Part shown: in pieces, positions 34,664-44,088 of the stretch
Layout: every line of letters begins with the position of its first letter
Position numbering within the stretch: position 1 is the stretch's first letter
Assembly (NCBI GenBank): GCA_037138655.1
Contig: JBAXHY010000002.1
Span: 1 to 44,728 of the forward strand
Direction of reading: 5' to 3'
DNA: 44,728 nucleotides
Source: a bacterium
GTDB taxonomy: Bacteria > Patescibacteriota > Saccharimonadia > Saccharimonadales > SZUA-47
Made by a program: the position numbers and the translations under genes
The notes under the pieces: generated by a model
Database searches by the model: none
What the model was told of the DNA's origin: nothing
The model's input: the letters and a program-made list of their open reading frames with translations, nothing else

Positions 34664-35809
34664 TTAATTATTATCCCTATTACGTCTGCTTGCAAGCGAA
34701 TGTTTATAAAAATCTACAATTTTAAGCCCTACAACTTTAATATCGTACTGCTTAACAGACTCTTTTTGTTTATTACCTAGTGTTAGTGCAAACTCTTTAT
34801 CAAATAACAGCTGGTTTAATCTTTGACTAAACATCGCTGTATCTTGGGGATGAATCAAAGAAAACGGCTGATCCCCTAAAACTGTCTTATAACCATCGTT
34901 GTCGCCACCTAATACTACTTTTGAACCTGCAGCCATAGCTTCTATTAAAACTATTCCAAAACTTTCACCGCCGGTCGACGGAAAAACAGCAACATCGGCG
35001 CTTGCTAAATAGTCTGCTTTTTCGTGTTCGTTCAAAAAACCTGTAAAAACAATTTCGCCCTTTACTGCAGTTACTTCTGTGGCCATTTTTTTTAGCTTAA
35101 TCATATCTGGGCCGTCACCACACATAATAAGTCTTGGGACATCAGCTACTTCAATATTTTTAATTAATTCCTGGTAAGCATTTAGTAAATAATGAGCACC
35201 TTTTCTTTCTACAAATCTACCTAAAAATAGTATATTTTTTTTATCATTTAAATTTTTTAACGCAGATCCTTTTTGGTATTTATCTAGGTCAACTACATTT
35301 GGCAATACTGTACTAGAAATTCCAAAATGTGATTTTGCGAATACTCTTGCAGCCGAACTTACACTAATAAAACCATCAAATCTTTTTTTATTATTGTGCA
35401 ACAATACTCCAAGAGCTTTAGTCCCAAATTTAGATAATTTGTCATGAGGCAAAATATGAAAAGTACCCACAACAGCAGTATCTTTTGTTGCATGTTTAAT
35501 GACTTTTCCTGCAAGCAATGGGCTATACGGCATCTGAACATGTAACACATCAAAGTGTTCTTTTTTTAACAAACTTTTAACTTTACTTCCCGACGCAGGT
35601 AAGGGAATAGCCATTCGATTTTTATTAAATCTAACGCCAACTGTTCGACCCAGATTATGTACATTTTTTTGGCTGGCTCCAGGACTGTTACCAACTAAAT
35701 AATGAACTTCGTTTCCTTGCTTTTGCAACCATGATCCAAGTAATTTAATGTATTGTTGTACACCGTCTGGTTTATCGAGCCTATCGTCTAAAACAAATCC
35801 TATTTTCAT
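34664..35809 (-). CDS. Family 4 (GT-B) glycosyltransferase
   Basis: GGESFGIVLIEAMAAG EX7E-type motif. Confidence 0.8.
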   Translation of the reverse strand: MKIGFVLDDRLDKPDGVQQYIKLLGSWLQKQGNEVHYLVGNSPGASQKNVHNLGRTVGVRFNKNRMAIPLPASGSKVKSLLKKEHFDVLHVQMPYSPLLAGKVIKHATKDTAVVGTFHILPHDKLSKFGTKALGVLLHNNKKRFDGFISVSSAARVFAKSHFGISSTVLPNVVDLDKYQKGSALKNLNDKKNILFLGRFVERKGAHYLLNAYQELIKNIEVADVPRLIMCGDGPDMIKLKKMATEVTAVKGEIVFTGFLNEHEKADYLASADVAVFPSTGGESFGIVLIEAMAAGSKVVLGGDNDGYKTVLGDQPFSLIHPQDTAMFSQRLNQLLFDKEFALTLGNKQKESVKQYDIKVVGLKIVDFYKHSLASRRNRDNN

Positions 35810-36925
35810 TTAATTTTTTACTAAATTTTTATAAATTTTTTCGTACGAATCAACAATGCTCTTATAAGAATACTGCTTAACTTCTTTTTGAGCCCATTTT
35901 TGCCATATTTCTCTTAATTCTGGCTCGTTTATTAATAAACTCATCCTTCGTGCAAAAATATCAGAATCTAGCGGATTTACTAACCCGACCGATCCAAGTC
36001 CTTTTAATACCGACGCATAACCAATGTTGTTTCCACCTATAACTGGCGTATTTGTAGCCATAGCTTCTATTAAAACGATTCCAAAACTTTCTCCGTACAA
36101 AGCAGGCGACACAAAAATAGATGAATCCTGTAATAATTTAATCTTTTGTTCTTCTGATACATAACCTAAAAAGTCTATTCTATCAATCACACCCAAATTT
36201 ATAGCTAACGTTTCTAATTTATCTTTATCTGGGCCGTTTCCAGCTATCAACAACCTATGTTCAGAATCATATTTTGCAAATTCTGCGTAAGCTTCGATTA
36301 AATATTTAACACCTTTGCGTTTTTCTAATCTTCCGACGTACAAAATATTCTTTCGTTTGTTAGCATCAGATGGCTTGTTGTAATGCTTAAGGTCAACACC
36401 ATTTGGTATAAAATTAACCTCATCAGATGTAATGTAATCAGAAATATAGGTCGTAGCTGCTTCTGATACGGCTGTAACTGCACTTAAATGCTTTAGTATA
36501 GACTTTACAAAAGGCGATATGCTACCGGCTATAGATTTAGCAACTACAGTTTCTGGTAATGCCGCATGAAAAGTGCCAACTACCGGTACTTTAATTCTAG
36601 GTAACATTTGTCTGGCTAAAATTGGCACAAGTGGCTCGTGCATATGCACAATATCAAATTGTTGTTCGCCTAATAATTCTTCGATTGCTTCTGTTGTTAC
36701 ACTAATAGAAACATCTACGCTTGTATGATTTGGTGTTTTAATACGTCGCGAACTACCCAAAAAAACTACATCAGTGTCGTCAAAAACTAGTTCTTTGCGG
36801 GGCTTAGGAGTAATTATTTTAACTATGTGTCCTCTTTTTTTAAGTTCATTAGCTTGTTCAAAGACATGCTGTTGAACTCCTCCTGGCATCGATAAATTGT
36901 AAGGACAAACAATAGCTATTTTCAT
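35810..36925 (-). CDS. Family 4 (GT-B) glycosyltransferase
   Basis: YGESFGIVLIEAMATN motif. Paralogous to the downstream GT4 gene. Confidence 0.8.
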   Translation of the reverse strand: MKIAIVCPYNLSMPGGVQQHVFEQANELKKRGHIVKIITPKPRKELVFDDTDVVFLGSSRRIKTPNHTSVDVSISVTTEAIEELLGEQQFDIVHMHEPLVPILARQMLPRIKVPVVGTFHAALPETVVAKSIAGSISPFVKSILKHLSAVTAVSEAATTYISDYITSDEVNFIPNGVDLKHYNKPSDANKRKNILYVGRLEKRKGVKYLIEAYAEFAKYDSEHRLLIAGNGPDKDKLETLAINLGVIDRIDFLGYVSEEQKIKLLQDSSIFVSPALYGESFGIVLIEAMATNTPVIGGNNIGYASVLKGLGSVGLVNPLDSDIFARRMSLLINEPELREIWQKWAQKEVKQYSYKSIVDSYEKIYKNLVKN

Positions 36926-36927
36926 AA

Positions 36928-37839
36928 TTAACTCCTTGATAATACATTACGTAACGATTGAGGCATTAAACCACTAGACGCTTCTTTATTAGCAATAATA
37001 CTTGGGGCGTGATTATCCATTACTGCTTTATGCTCGATAAAATCGCTAAAAACTACATGCATATGTTGTTCTACAATTTGATTGTTAAAATACTGATCCG
37101 CATTCACCGAAACGTGATGTACTGGCATTTTAACTTGTTTACTACAATTGTCTAACGTTAGCATGCTAATAGTAGTGTCCATATATGTTCTAACTTCGTT
37201 ACAATGCCATAAATGAATTTCAAAATTCATAGCTTTATTAGCTTCTTCTTTGGTCAAATTTTTAAACTTATTCTTTGCATTATGTGTCTTAGAATATGCA
37301 GTTCTTAATACAATAGGGCTTAGCACTACATATCTAAAAAATAAAGCAGGAAGCTTACGACTAAATACACTAGCTAAAGATCGATAAAACAAATAACGTT
37401 TACGGCTAAATACAAAATCATCACGATGACAAAATCCAACTACGCTAACCAATACATCAACTTTACTTACTAATTTAGGATGTTTTTGCAACATACGTGT
37501 AGCAACAACAAACCCAAAAGACATAGCAACAATAGTTATTTTTTTATTTTTGTATCTTAATTTAATAAAAGAAGCCAAATAATCAGCCAAATTGTCTAAA
37601 GTTGGCTTCATGCCTATTTTATAAAAACTATCCATTCCGCCAAAACCAGGAAAATCCGGCATCGTAACTGCGCCATACTGGTGTAGATCTTCGGCTATTC
37701 CCGCCATACGTTCAATACTGGCATGATGTCCGTATAGCAACAAAATATCTTTATTGTCTGTTTTTTTAGAAGGCAGCACAAGCATGCGACCCTTTAGTCC
37801 ATTAATGTTAAGTGGTTGTATGTTGTCTTGTATTGTCAT
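36928..37839 (-). CDS. Alpha/beta hydrolase fold protein
   Basis: LLLYGHH, nucleophile elbow VAMSFG, about 300 aa. Confidence 0.6.
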   Translation of the reverse strand: MTIQDNIQPLNINGLKGRMLVLPSKKTDNKDILLLYGHHASIERMAGIAEDLHQYGAVTMPDFPGFGGMDSFYKIGMKPTLDNLADYLASFIKLRYKNKKITIVAMSFGFVVATRMLQKHPKLVSKVDVLVSVVGFCHRDDFVFSRKRYLFYRSLASVFSRKLPALFFRYVVLSPIVLRTAYSKTHNAKNKFKNLTKEEANKAMNFEIHLWHCNEVRTYMDTTISMLTLDNCSKQVKMPVHHVSVNADQYFNNQIVEQHMHVVFSDFIEHKAVMDNHAPSIIANKEASSGLMPQSLRNVLSRS

Positions 37840-37862
37840 AATAAAGATGTAATTACTAATAT

Positions 37863-37881
37863 ATTGTCATATTTTGACAAT
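37863..37881. promoter_or_regulatory. 19-bp palindrome in divergent promoter region (candidate operator)
   Basis: attgtca-tattt-tgacaat, located between the hydrolase/GT4 operon and the VanY-like gene. Confidence 0.3.
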
Positions 37882-37931
37882 AATTAACAGGACAGATACA
37901 TAATATAATTGTAATTGGACGTTTTGATATA

Positions 37932-38723
37932 ATGATTTTAGTTATGATAAAAAAAATAAACCTATCAATATTAATAATATTTTTGCTTTTGGGTACTTTT
38001 TGGGGTTTTCGTATTTTTACAAAAAAAAATACAAAAGTATCAAGTAATAGCAAAATTACCACTCCCGACAATTCCAGTAACACTCCTAATAACAGCGCTC
38101 AATTCAACAAAAAACTGTACAGTATTACAGAACCCACCAGCTTGTGGTTTGTAGCAAACAAACATTATTCGCTACCAATAACTTATACACCTAATGATTT
38201 AATCGTTCCTAGCGTGCCTTTAAGGCTAGCATCGTCAGAGCAACAAATGCACTTAAGAACTGTATTGCAAACAGATCTTTTAAACCTATTTAATGACGCA
38301 AAAACCATAGGACTACAGCTACAACTAGGTAGTGGTTTTAGATCGGCGACATATCAAAAAGTTTTATACGATGGCTACGTTAACACGCAGGGGATTACAG
38401 AAGCAGACCGAAGTAGCGCACGTCCAGGACATAGCGAACATCAAACAGGCTTGGCTCTAGATTTTACCAGAATAGACGCTAAGTGCCATTTAGATGCTTG
38501 TTTAGCAGATTTACCAGAAGGAAAATGGCTGGCAGAAAACGCTTATAAATACGGTTTTATTCTTAGATATACATCAGACAAAGAACAAGTTACAGGATAT
38601 ATGTTCGAACCCTGGCACTACAGATACGTAGGGCATGAACTTGCGTTAGAAATGCATAATACAGGTATCAAAACTTTAGAAGAATTTTTTGATCTTGGAC
38701 CTGCAACAGATTATACAAAGTAA
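37932..38723 (+). CDS. M15B (VanY-type) D-alanyl-D-alanine carboxypeptidase, membrane-anchored
   Basis: SGFRS, SEHQTGLALD and EPWHYRYVG motifs. N-terminal TM segment. Confidence 0.8.
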   Translation: MILVMIKKINLSILIIFLLLGTFWGFRIFTKKNTKVSSNSKITTPDNSSNTPNNSAQFNKKLYSITEPTSLWFVANKHYSLPITYTPNDLIVPSVPLRLASSEQQMHLRTVLQTDLLNLFNDAKTIGLQLQLGSGFRSATYQKVLYDGYVNTQGITEADRSSARPGHSEHQTGLALDFTRIDAKCHLDACLADLPEGKWLAENAYKYGFILRYTSDKEQVTGYMFEPWHYRYVGHELALEMHNTGIKTLEEFFDLGPATDYTK

Positions 38724-38724
38724 T

Positions 38725-39948
38725 CTATAAACCAATATCTTTAAGGGTAAGAATAGGTATCGACGTAAACGTATTTAAAGTGCTACTTATTCTTTTTTCT
38801 TGTGCATCTATAGTTGTATTTAAATGTGAACTTTTAAAAAGTTCTGTTGATTTTTCTAATGGAACTAATTCAAAATTTTTGCGCGCCAGCAAATCTTGTT
38901 TTTTAGCTTCTTCGGCAGTCCAGTCGTAGTGCATATAAGTAGGCAAAAAACCTGCACTTATAATCGATGCATTTTTAGGGTCTATTTCTAATACTGCAAT
39001 TCCGTTAAAAAGTGTTTCTGGTTCTAGTTGTGCGTGCAAAAAGTTACCCAGGCTATACCAAACTAAAGTTTCGTTACCACCAGTGCCAGTAAGTCTTTTA
39101 ACAGGCTCTAAGACATGCGGACCGTGACCTAAGACTAGCTTTACACCCAAATCAGCTAAGTATTGGCTTTCTGACAGTTGATAGCCGTTAACGCCCCCAG
39201 AATATTCTGTACCCCAACGCATACTTACAATAATAAACTTTGCACCCGCAGCTTTTGCTGCTGCAACTTGTAACTTAGCAAATTCCCGACTATACATATT
39301 GACCGAATAAGAAGCTGGTGGGGTAGAGTTTGAATATGTTGTATACGCTAAAAACGCATATTTTAAGCCATCTATAACAAAATAATTAACCCTCTGTCTG
39401 GCTTCGTCAGAACTATTTTGCCCTACTACTGTAAGTGTTCCTTGAATTTTTTGCCAAATCGCTACGTTAGAATCTATTACAGACTGATTTTTATCACTAC
39501 TATGATTAGACGCAGTATTAATAAGGTTACAGCCAACATCTACCATGTTATTAGCAAACGCTTCGGGGGCGTTAAAACTTGGATAACCAGTTACGCCAAA
39601 TTTTTCTCCACCTACCAAAGTAGATTGGTTACAAAAACGGATATCTGCAGACGACATAACAGGCTTCATTTGATCCATAAACTGAAAATAGTTATATTGA
39701 CCTTCAACGTTTTTAGCCTGTAAGTTTAATGCGTCATGGGCAATAAAATCCCCAGCAGCAATAAACCTAGTAGTTTTAGGTTTAACAATTACATCTTTTT
39801 CTAGCACATTTACCGTATTTTTACTGTCTTTATTAACAAAATTATCGCTGATCTTTTGTCTTAAAATAAACATAGTAACTAAGATGATGATTATTACTAA
39901 AATGACCGCAACATATTTTAGCTTAATAATACTTTTCTTAGGTTTCAT
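38725..39948 (-). CDS. CapA/PGA_cap family metallophosphatase-like protein, membrane-anchored
   Basis: FIAAGDFIAHD, NTASNHSSD and GHGPHVLEP motifs. Confidence 0.75.
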   Translation of the reverse strand: MKPKKSIIKLKYVAVILVIIIILVTMFILRQKISDNFVNKDSKNTVNVLEKDVIVKPKTTRFIAAGDFIAHDALNLQAKNVEGQYNYFQFMDQMKPVMSSADIRFCNQSTLVGGEKFGVTGYPSFNAPEAFANNMVDVGCNLINTASNHSSDKNQSVIDSNVAIWQKIQGTLTVVGQNSSDEARQRVNYFVIDGLKYAFLAYTTYSNSTPPASYSVNMYSREFAKLQVAAAKAAGAKFIIVSMRWGTEYSGGVNGYQLSESQYLADLGVKLVLGHGPHVLEPVKRLTGTGGNETLVWYSLGNFLHAQLEPETLFNGIAVLEIDPKNASIISAGFLPTYMHYDWTAEEAKKQDLLARKNFELVPLEKSTELFKSSHLNTTIDAQEKRISSTLNTFTSIPILTLKDIGL

Positions 39949-39952
39949 GTTT

Positions 39953-40807
39953 TTATTCTAACAGTGCGCCTTTACTAACCCACACATATTCCCAGGGTTC
40001 TGGCTCTGGTCCAACACTTCTAGCTCCATCAGGATAACTTGGAATCCAACCAAATTCTTTAGCCATTTTAAAATTATCTTTACTTAACCAAGCAAAACAG
40101 TCAGTTTCTAAAAAGGCCATTCCACCTACGTTGCCACATGCAATATCTACAGTAAAACCATTATGATGCCTAGAATAACCCGGGGGAGCAGTTGTTTTAA
40201 GTGTCTCTTCTACAGATGCGTCAGCCAACCCTAGTGCAATATCTGTTATTTTTGCATTTAATCTGCCTACAAATAATTCACGTTGGTCGTCGACCGACCT
40301 AAAAGCGGCTGTCAAAGTTAAAGTATGACCTGCTTTTTTTGCTTCGGTAAATAAATCTGCAAGTGGTTGTTGCGCTTTTTGTTGTATTTGCATACCTTCA
40401 ATCGTACTAACAGGTGCAGAAATAGGGGCGCTCCTTAACTTATATCCTCTTTTTTCGGCTAAAGATTGGATGCGCTTATCTGCTTCGGGGTTTCCAGTTA
40501 TTAAAGGGGGTGAAATTATTTCTGACGTGTTTGGGTAGGCAAATGATCCATAAAAATCAACAAAACCAGTATTACTAAACTCTTTTAGTGTGTTCTTTTT
40601 AGGAACTTCAGCTACAGCCACACCTTTAACACTAGTATTACTAACTTGCTTTAAATCATTGGCAGAATCAATTTTTTTAGGATTAATTTGTGTCCATACA
40701 AAAACTAAACCAAAAGATAATAACACCATTATTAAATAAAGCCTTTTGTGACTTTTTTTCTTTTTAATACTACGTCTTTTTAAATGACTTGGTTCTATAA
40801 TTCTCAC
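39953..40807 (-). CDS. M15-family peptidoglycan peptidase (VanY/LAS-like), membrane-anchored
   Basis: AAFRS, SRHHNGFTVDI and EPWEYVWV motifs. GTG start with AAGGTG SD. Confidence 0.75.
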   Translation of the reverse strand: MRIIEPSHLKRRSIKKKKSHKRLYLIMVLLSFGLVFVWTQINPKKIDSANDLKQVSNTSVKGVAVAEVPKKNTLKEFSNTGFVDFYGSFAYPNTSEIISPPLITGNPEADKRIQSLAEKRGYKLRSAPISAPVSTIEGMQIQQKAQQPLADLFTEAKKAGHTLTLTAAFRSVDDQRELFVGRLNAKITDIALGLADASVEETLKTTAPPGYSRHHNGFTVDIACGNVGGMAFLETDCFAWLSKDNFKMAKEFGWIPSYPDGARSVGPEPEPWEYVWVSKGALLE

Positions 40808-40896
40808 AAATTTAACTACACCTTTTACATAAATTGCACTTAAGTTTAATTATATCTTAACAACTGCACTTATCGCTAAGTAAAATATAATAATTT

Positions 40897-41778
40897 TTAC
40901 ACAAATACTTCCTCTAAACTTTTGGGGTGAATATCCGGAAAAAGCTCGGTTGCGCGGTTGTTGGTAACAATCATCGAATTAGATAAAGACTCTACCATAA
41001 TTCTGCCTACCTTAGCGTGAGTTTTTGGTGTAAATAAATTTAACCACCACGCTGCAACACTTAACGGTATTACATGAAACTTAATAATAATCATTTTTTT
41101 ATTTCTCCAGGCTGCGTATCGTTTCATTAGATCACCGTAAGAAAGCTGTTCGGGACCACCAATTTCGACTATTTGACTGTCGTTTATTGCTAAATCTAGT
41201 GCAGCAATCAAGTAGCTAATGGCATCTCTTAAGCCTATAGGTTGAGTTAAAGTTTTTGCCCATTTTGGTAAAGTTAATATGGGTAGTTTATGAATTAAAT
41301 TCGTAACTATATCGTACGATATACTACCGTGACCAACTACCATCGACGCACGAAACTCAATAATTTGTGGTACGCCATTTTTTAATATTTGACCTGTTTT
41401 ATGACGACTTTCCAAATGCTTAGATAATTTATCGCTATCACTACCTAATCCACCCAAATATATAACACGTTTTATGTTAGAACCAACAACTGCGGCACAA
41501 AAACTTAACGCCGCGCTAGACTCTGCCTCGGCAAAATCTAGTTCTTTTTGAGCCATCATATGAATTAAATAATACGCACTGTCGCAATTTTTAATGACTT
41601 CGCTAAGTTTATTGGTGTCAAAAACATTAACATTAAATTTAGTTAATCTTTCATGCTGGTATTGCATAGACTCGGCATTAGGTGATATAGCTAAAATAAG
41701 GTGACTAGTGTCTTTTAATAACTGTTCTATTAAATTATGTCCAATATAACCATCGGCACCTAAAATAGCTATTTTCAT
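40897..41778 (-). CDS. NAD(P)-binding NmrA/SDR-like protein
   Basis: MKIAILGADGYIGHNL Rossmann motif. Confidence 0.75.
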   Translation of the reverse strand: MKIAILGADGYIGHNLIEQLLKDTSHLILAISPNAESMQYQHERLTKFNVNVFDTNKLSEVIKNCDSAYYLIHMMAQKELDFAEAESSAALSFCAAVVGSNIKRVIYLGGLGSDSDKLSKHLESRHKTGQILKNGVPQIIEFRASMVVGHGSISYDIVTNLIHKLPILTLPKWAKTLTQPIGLRDAISYLIAALDLAINDSQIVEIGGPEQLSYGDLMKRYAAWRNKKMIIIKFHVIPLSVAAWWLNLFTPKTHAKVGRIMVESLSNSMIVTNNRATELFPDIHPKSLEEVFV

Positions 41779-41784
41779 ATATTA

Positions 41785-41793
41785 ATTATAGCA
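41785..41793 (-). promoter_or_regulatory. Extended -10 (TGcTATAAT on minus strand) exactly 6 nt upstream of the NmrA-like ATG
   Basis: Reverse complement reads tgctataat-taatat-ATG. No SD. Confidence 0.45.
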
Positions 41794-41798
41794 AAATA

Positions 41799-41987
41799 CT
41801 AGTTATGTATAACTATATAAGTTTGCAATACGGTAGCAATAACTACCCAAATCAAATACGGTAAAAATGCTATAGATATAATCTTAGACACAGGCCACGC
41901 TACAATAATTCCTATTATAATAGTTGCCTAAACAAGATAAATACCTAACATTGCCAAAAAATCATTTTGTAGTCCAAATTGTATTGG
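41799..41987 (-). pseudogene. Remnant of a TspO/MBR-family gene (C-terminal part, in-frame TAG)
   Basis: Minus-strand translation is PIQFGLQNDFLAMLGIYLV*ATIIIGIIVAWPVSKIISIAFLPYLIWVVIATVLQTYIVIHN*. It resembles the TspO C-terminus (..FG.., LPYL.WV..A..LN). The internal stop is at 41928-41930. The N-terminal half is missing. Confidence 0.35.
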
Positions 41988-42110
41988 AGTACATATTTAT
42001 ACTTTTTAAATCGTATAAATTAATTTTGACATTACTAAATTTAAGAGTATTTCTAAATATAGTGTAGAGTAACTATATAAAACTAAAGATCTGGAACTGA
42101 GGTACAAAAT

Positions 42111-42722
42111 ATGACAACAACTAAAACACTAAATTCAAGGATAGGGTTCGCACTAATCGCAGCACTATTTATGATGCTTATTATGAGTTCCGGTGCATTC
42201 GCCGTCGACAAACCAAAAGAAGACAATAAAGTAGCTATTTGTGAATTCAAAAGTAGCCATGATGACGAAGGCGAAGATGAAGATAAAGACGCATGGTGCG
42301 TTGCTCAGCGTACAGTCACGCCAACTGCAGAAACATTTATTAATGCAACCTGTGACGCTAAGGGTAGCTATACAGTGCCTACTTCAGCAGGGGTAGAGTA
42401 TTTAGTAGGCGAAGAAGTTGTTGCTGCGGGCACATACAGCGTAACAGCACCAGCTAAAGTTACGGTGACAGCTCAGGTCGAAGAAGGCTATTTCTTGGAC
42501 GAGGAAGTTGCAACTGAATGGACTCACGACTACGCCGCTGCAACAAATTGTCAAGCAGTACTAGGTACTTCAACCACTACTACAACAGCAACCCCGCAAG
42601 TTACAGCTAAACCAGTTGGTGCAGCTAACGCTGGCGGACAAGGAAATGTTGCACTTATTGGACTTGCAGGTTCTTCTGTAATACTAGCCGCCGGTGCATT
42701 GCTACGAAAGTTTGCTCTTTAA
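42111..42722 (+). CDS. Secreted surface protein with signal peptide and C-terminal hydrophobic anchor plus basic tail
   Basis: Signal peptide ...SSGAFA/VD. Thr-rich linker. C-terminus is GAANAGGQGNVALIGLAGSSVILAAGALLRKFAL. GAGG SD. Confidence 0.65.
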   Translation: MTTTKTLNSRIGFALIAALFMMLIMSSGAFAVDKPKEDNKVAICEFKSSHDDEGEDEDKDAWCVAQRTVTPTAETFINATCDAKGSYTVPTSAGVEYLVGEEVVAAGTYSVTAPAKVTVTAQVEEGYFLDEEVATEWTHDYAAATNCQAVLGTSTTTTTATPQVTAKPVGAANAGGQGNVALIGLAGSSVILAAGALLRKFAL

Positions 42723-42758
42723 TTAACTTTTAGTTAATCGTGGAGGCTAAATAAAACT

Positions 42759-43673
42759 GTGAAGACTAAAACTTCACCAAAAACCAAAATACAACAACGG
42801 CCTAAATACCATAGGCCGTTGTTTCTGCGTTCTCAAAAAACCCTGTGGCGTGTAAAAAAATACGAGATAACACTTGCAAGTTATGCAAATTTAACTATAA
42901 AGCTAAGGTCATTTACTACACCCCTCAATAAAAGATCTAAAAAAATTAGGCAATTGGTCTTTAGTGTCCATCTTTTGGGCGCTAAAGAAGTTGCTATTAG
43001 TTATAAAAAAAATAGCAGCAAGAACAAATCAAGTGCGTTTAAATCATTATTTAAGTTTAATTTTTCTAGCACGTTAATTATTGCAGGGTTTGCTGGGTTA
43101 TTGTTTTTTGGCTTAAAAGTATCTGGCTTTGGGCAAACTAATCCTCCTATTGCTAACGCCCAGCCAGTACTGGTTCAAAAATTAGTACAGGACATACCAG
43201 AACCCAAAAAGCAGCAATACCTAACAGCCTCTGTTCCTTTAAAAATTGATATTCCTAGTATTGCTGTCGGTGCTAATATTCAAAAAGTTGGACTACTTGC
43301 TAACGGAACAATTGAAACACCCGATGTATTAAGTGGCTTGGTAGGTTGGTATCAATACGGGCCAACACCCGGCGAACTAGGTCCTTCAGTACTCGTGGGT
43401 CACGTAGACTCATACAAAGGCCCGTCAGTGTTTTGGAACCTAAGCAAGCTAAACATTGCAGATGTCGTTAATATAACACGTAGCGATGGTATTATGGTCC
43501 AGTTTATAGTGTCCAGAATTGCACAGTATGACCAAGATAATTTTTTAACTGATGAAGTGTACGGCAATATAGACCACGCAGGCTTAAGAATAATTACTTG
43601 CGGAGGTACGTTTAACCATTTTACTGGGCATTATTCACAAAACACGGTTATTTATGCTGACATGGCTATTTAG
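42759..43673 (+). CDS. Sortase, class F-like
   Basis: VLVGHVDSYKGPSVFWNL and LRIITCGGTF (catalytic TC), YSQNTVIYA. GTG start with GGAGG 12 nt upstream. The N-terminal about 100 aa are basic and low-complexity, so the start is uncertain. Confidence 0.8.
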   Translation: MKTKTSPKTKIQQRPKYHRPLFLRSQKTLWRVKKYEITLASYANLTIKLRSFTTPLNKRSKKIRQLVFSVHLLGAKEVAISYKKNSSKNKSSAFKSLFKFNFSSTLIIAGFAGLLFFGLKVSGFGQTNPPIANAQPVLVQKLVQDIPEPKKQQYLTASVPLKIDIPSIAVGANIQKVGLLANGTIETPDVLSGLVGWYQYGPTPGELGPSVLVGHVDSYKGPSVFWNLSKLNIADVVNITRSDGIMVQFIVSRIAQYDQDNFLTDEVYGNIDHAGLRIITCGGTFNHFTGHYSQNTVIYADMAI

Positions 43674-43694
43674 CTAACCAAAAAAACACAAACC

Positions 43695-43757
43695 TCAGTT
43701 TTTAAATGTTGCTATTATTGGTCGATGATCAGACACATTAAAGTCACCACCTAAATT
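43695..43757 (-). pseudogene. Possible remnant of an endonuclease/exonuclease/phosphatase (EEP) family C-terminus
   Basis: Minus-strand reading NLGGDFNVSDHRPIIATFKN* resembles the EEP motifs GDFN and SDHRPV. Only 19 codons lie between stops. Confidence 0.2.
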
Positions 43758-44088
43758 CTAATAATTAAGAAGACATAGCTTTCTTCGGTCACATTATAAA
43801 TAGCATAAAACCGCCTATTAGACATCAAAAAGTAAAATTAATCGTTCGATGCGCGTTGCTGTTTTTTTAAACTCTTTCGGCGTTTTCGATCTGTTAGCAG
43901 TGTACTATCAGGAAATAGTACTGCGTCGTTATGATATCGAACTCGTTTGTGACGAGCTATTCTAGACTTAACCTTATCAGAAAAGGACTTAGAGCTGTAC
44001 TTCATTCGCTTATTATCTCATAAAACATAAACTTTACTTACTGATTACGAATGGCTACCCCTAGTGGATGAACTTCGCAACCAGAATA

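Noticed and set aside
42796-42820. 8-bp-stem hairpin (aacggcct...aggccgtt) 75 nt after the surface-protein gene, as a possible terminator implying a later sortase start
   Set aside because: The T-run is weak (gtttctgcgttct). A strong GGAGG SD precedes the GTG at 42759. No ATG exists before the sortase TM segment. I kept the long ORF but flagged the start as uncertain.
43838-44005. 55-aa basic ORF on the minus strand as a real gene
   Set aside because: It has no convincing SD or -10 box, a low-complexity K/R-rich sequence, and sits in a region with other gene debris. It is mentioned under findings but not called as a feature.
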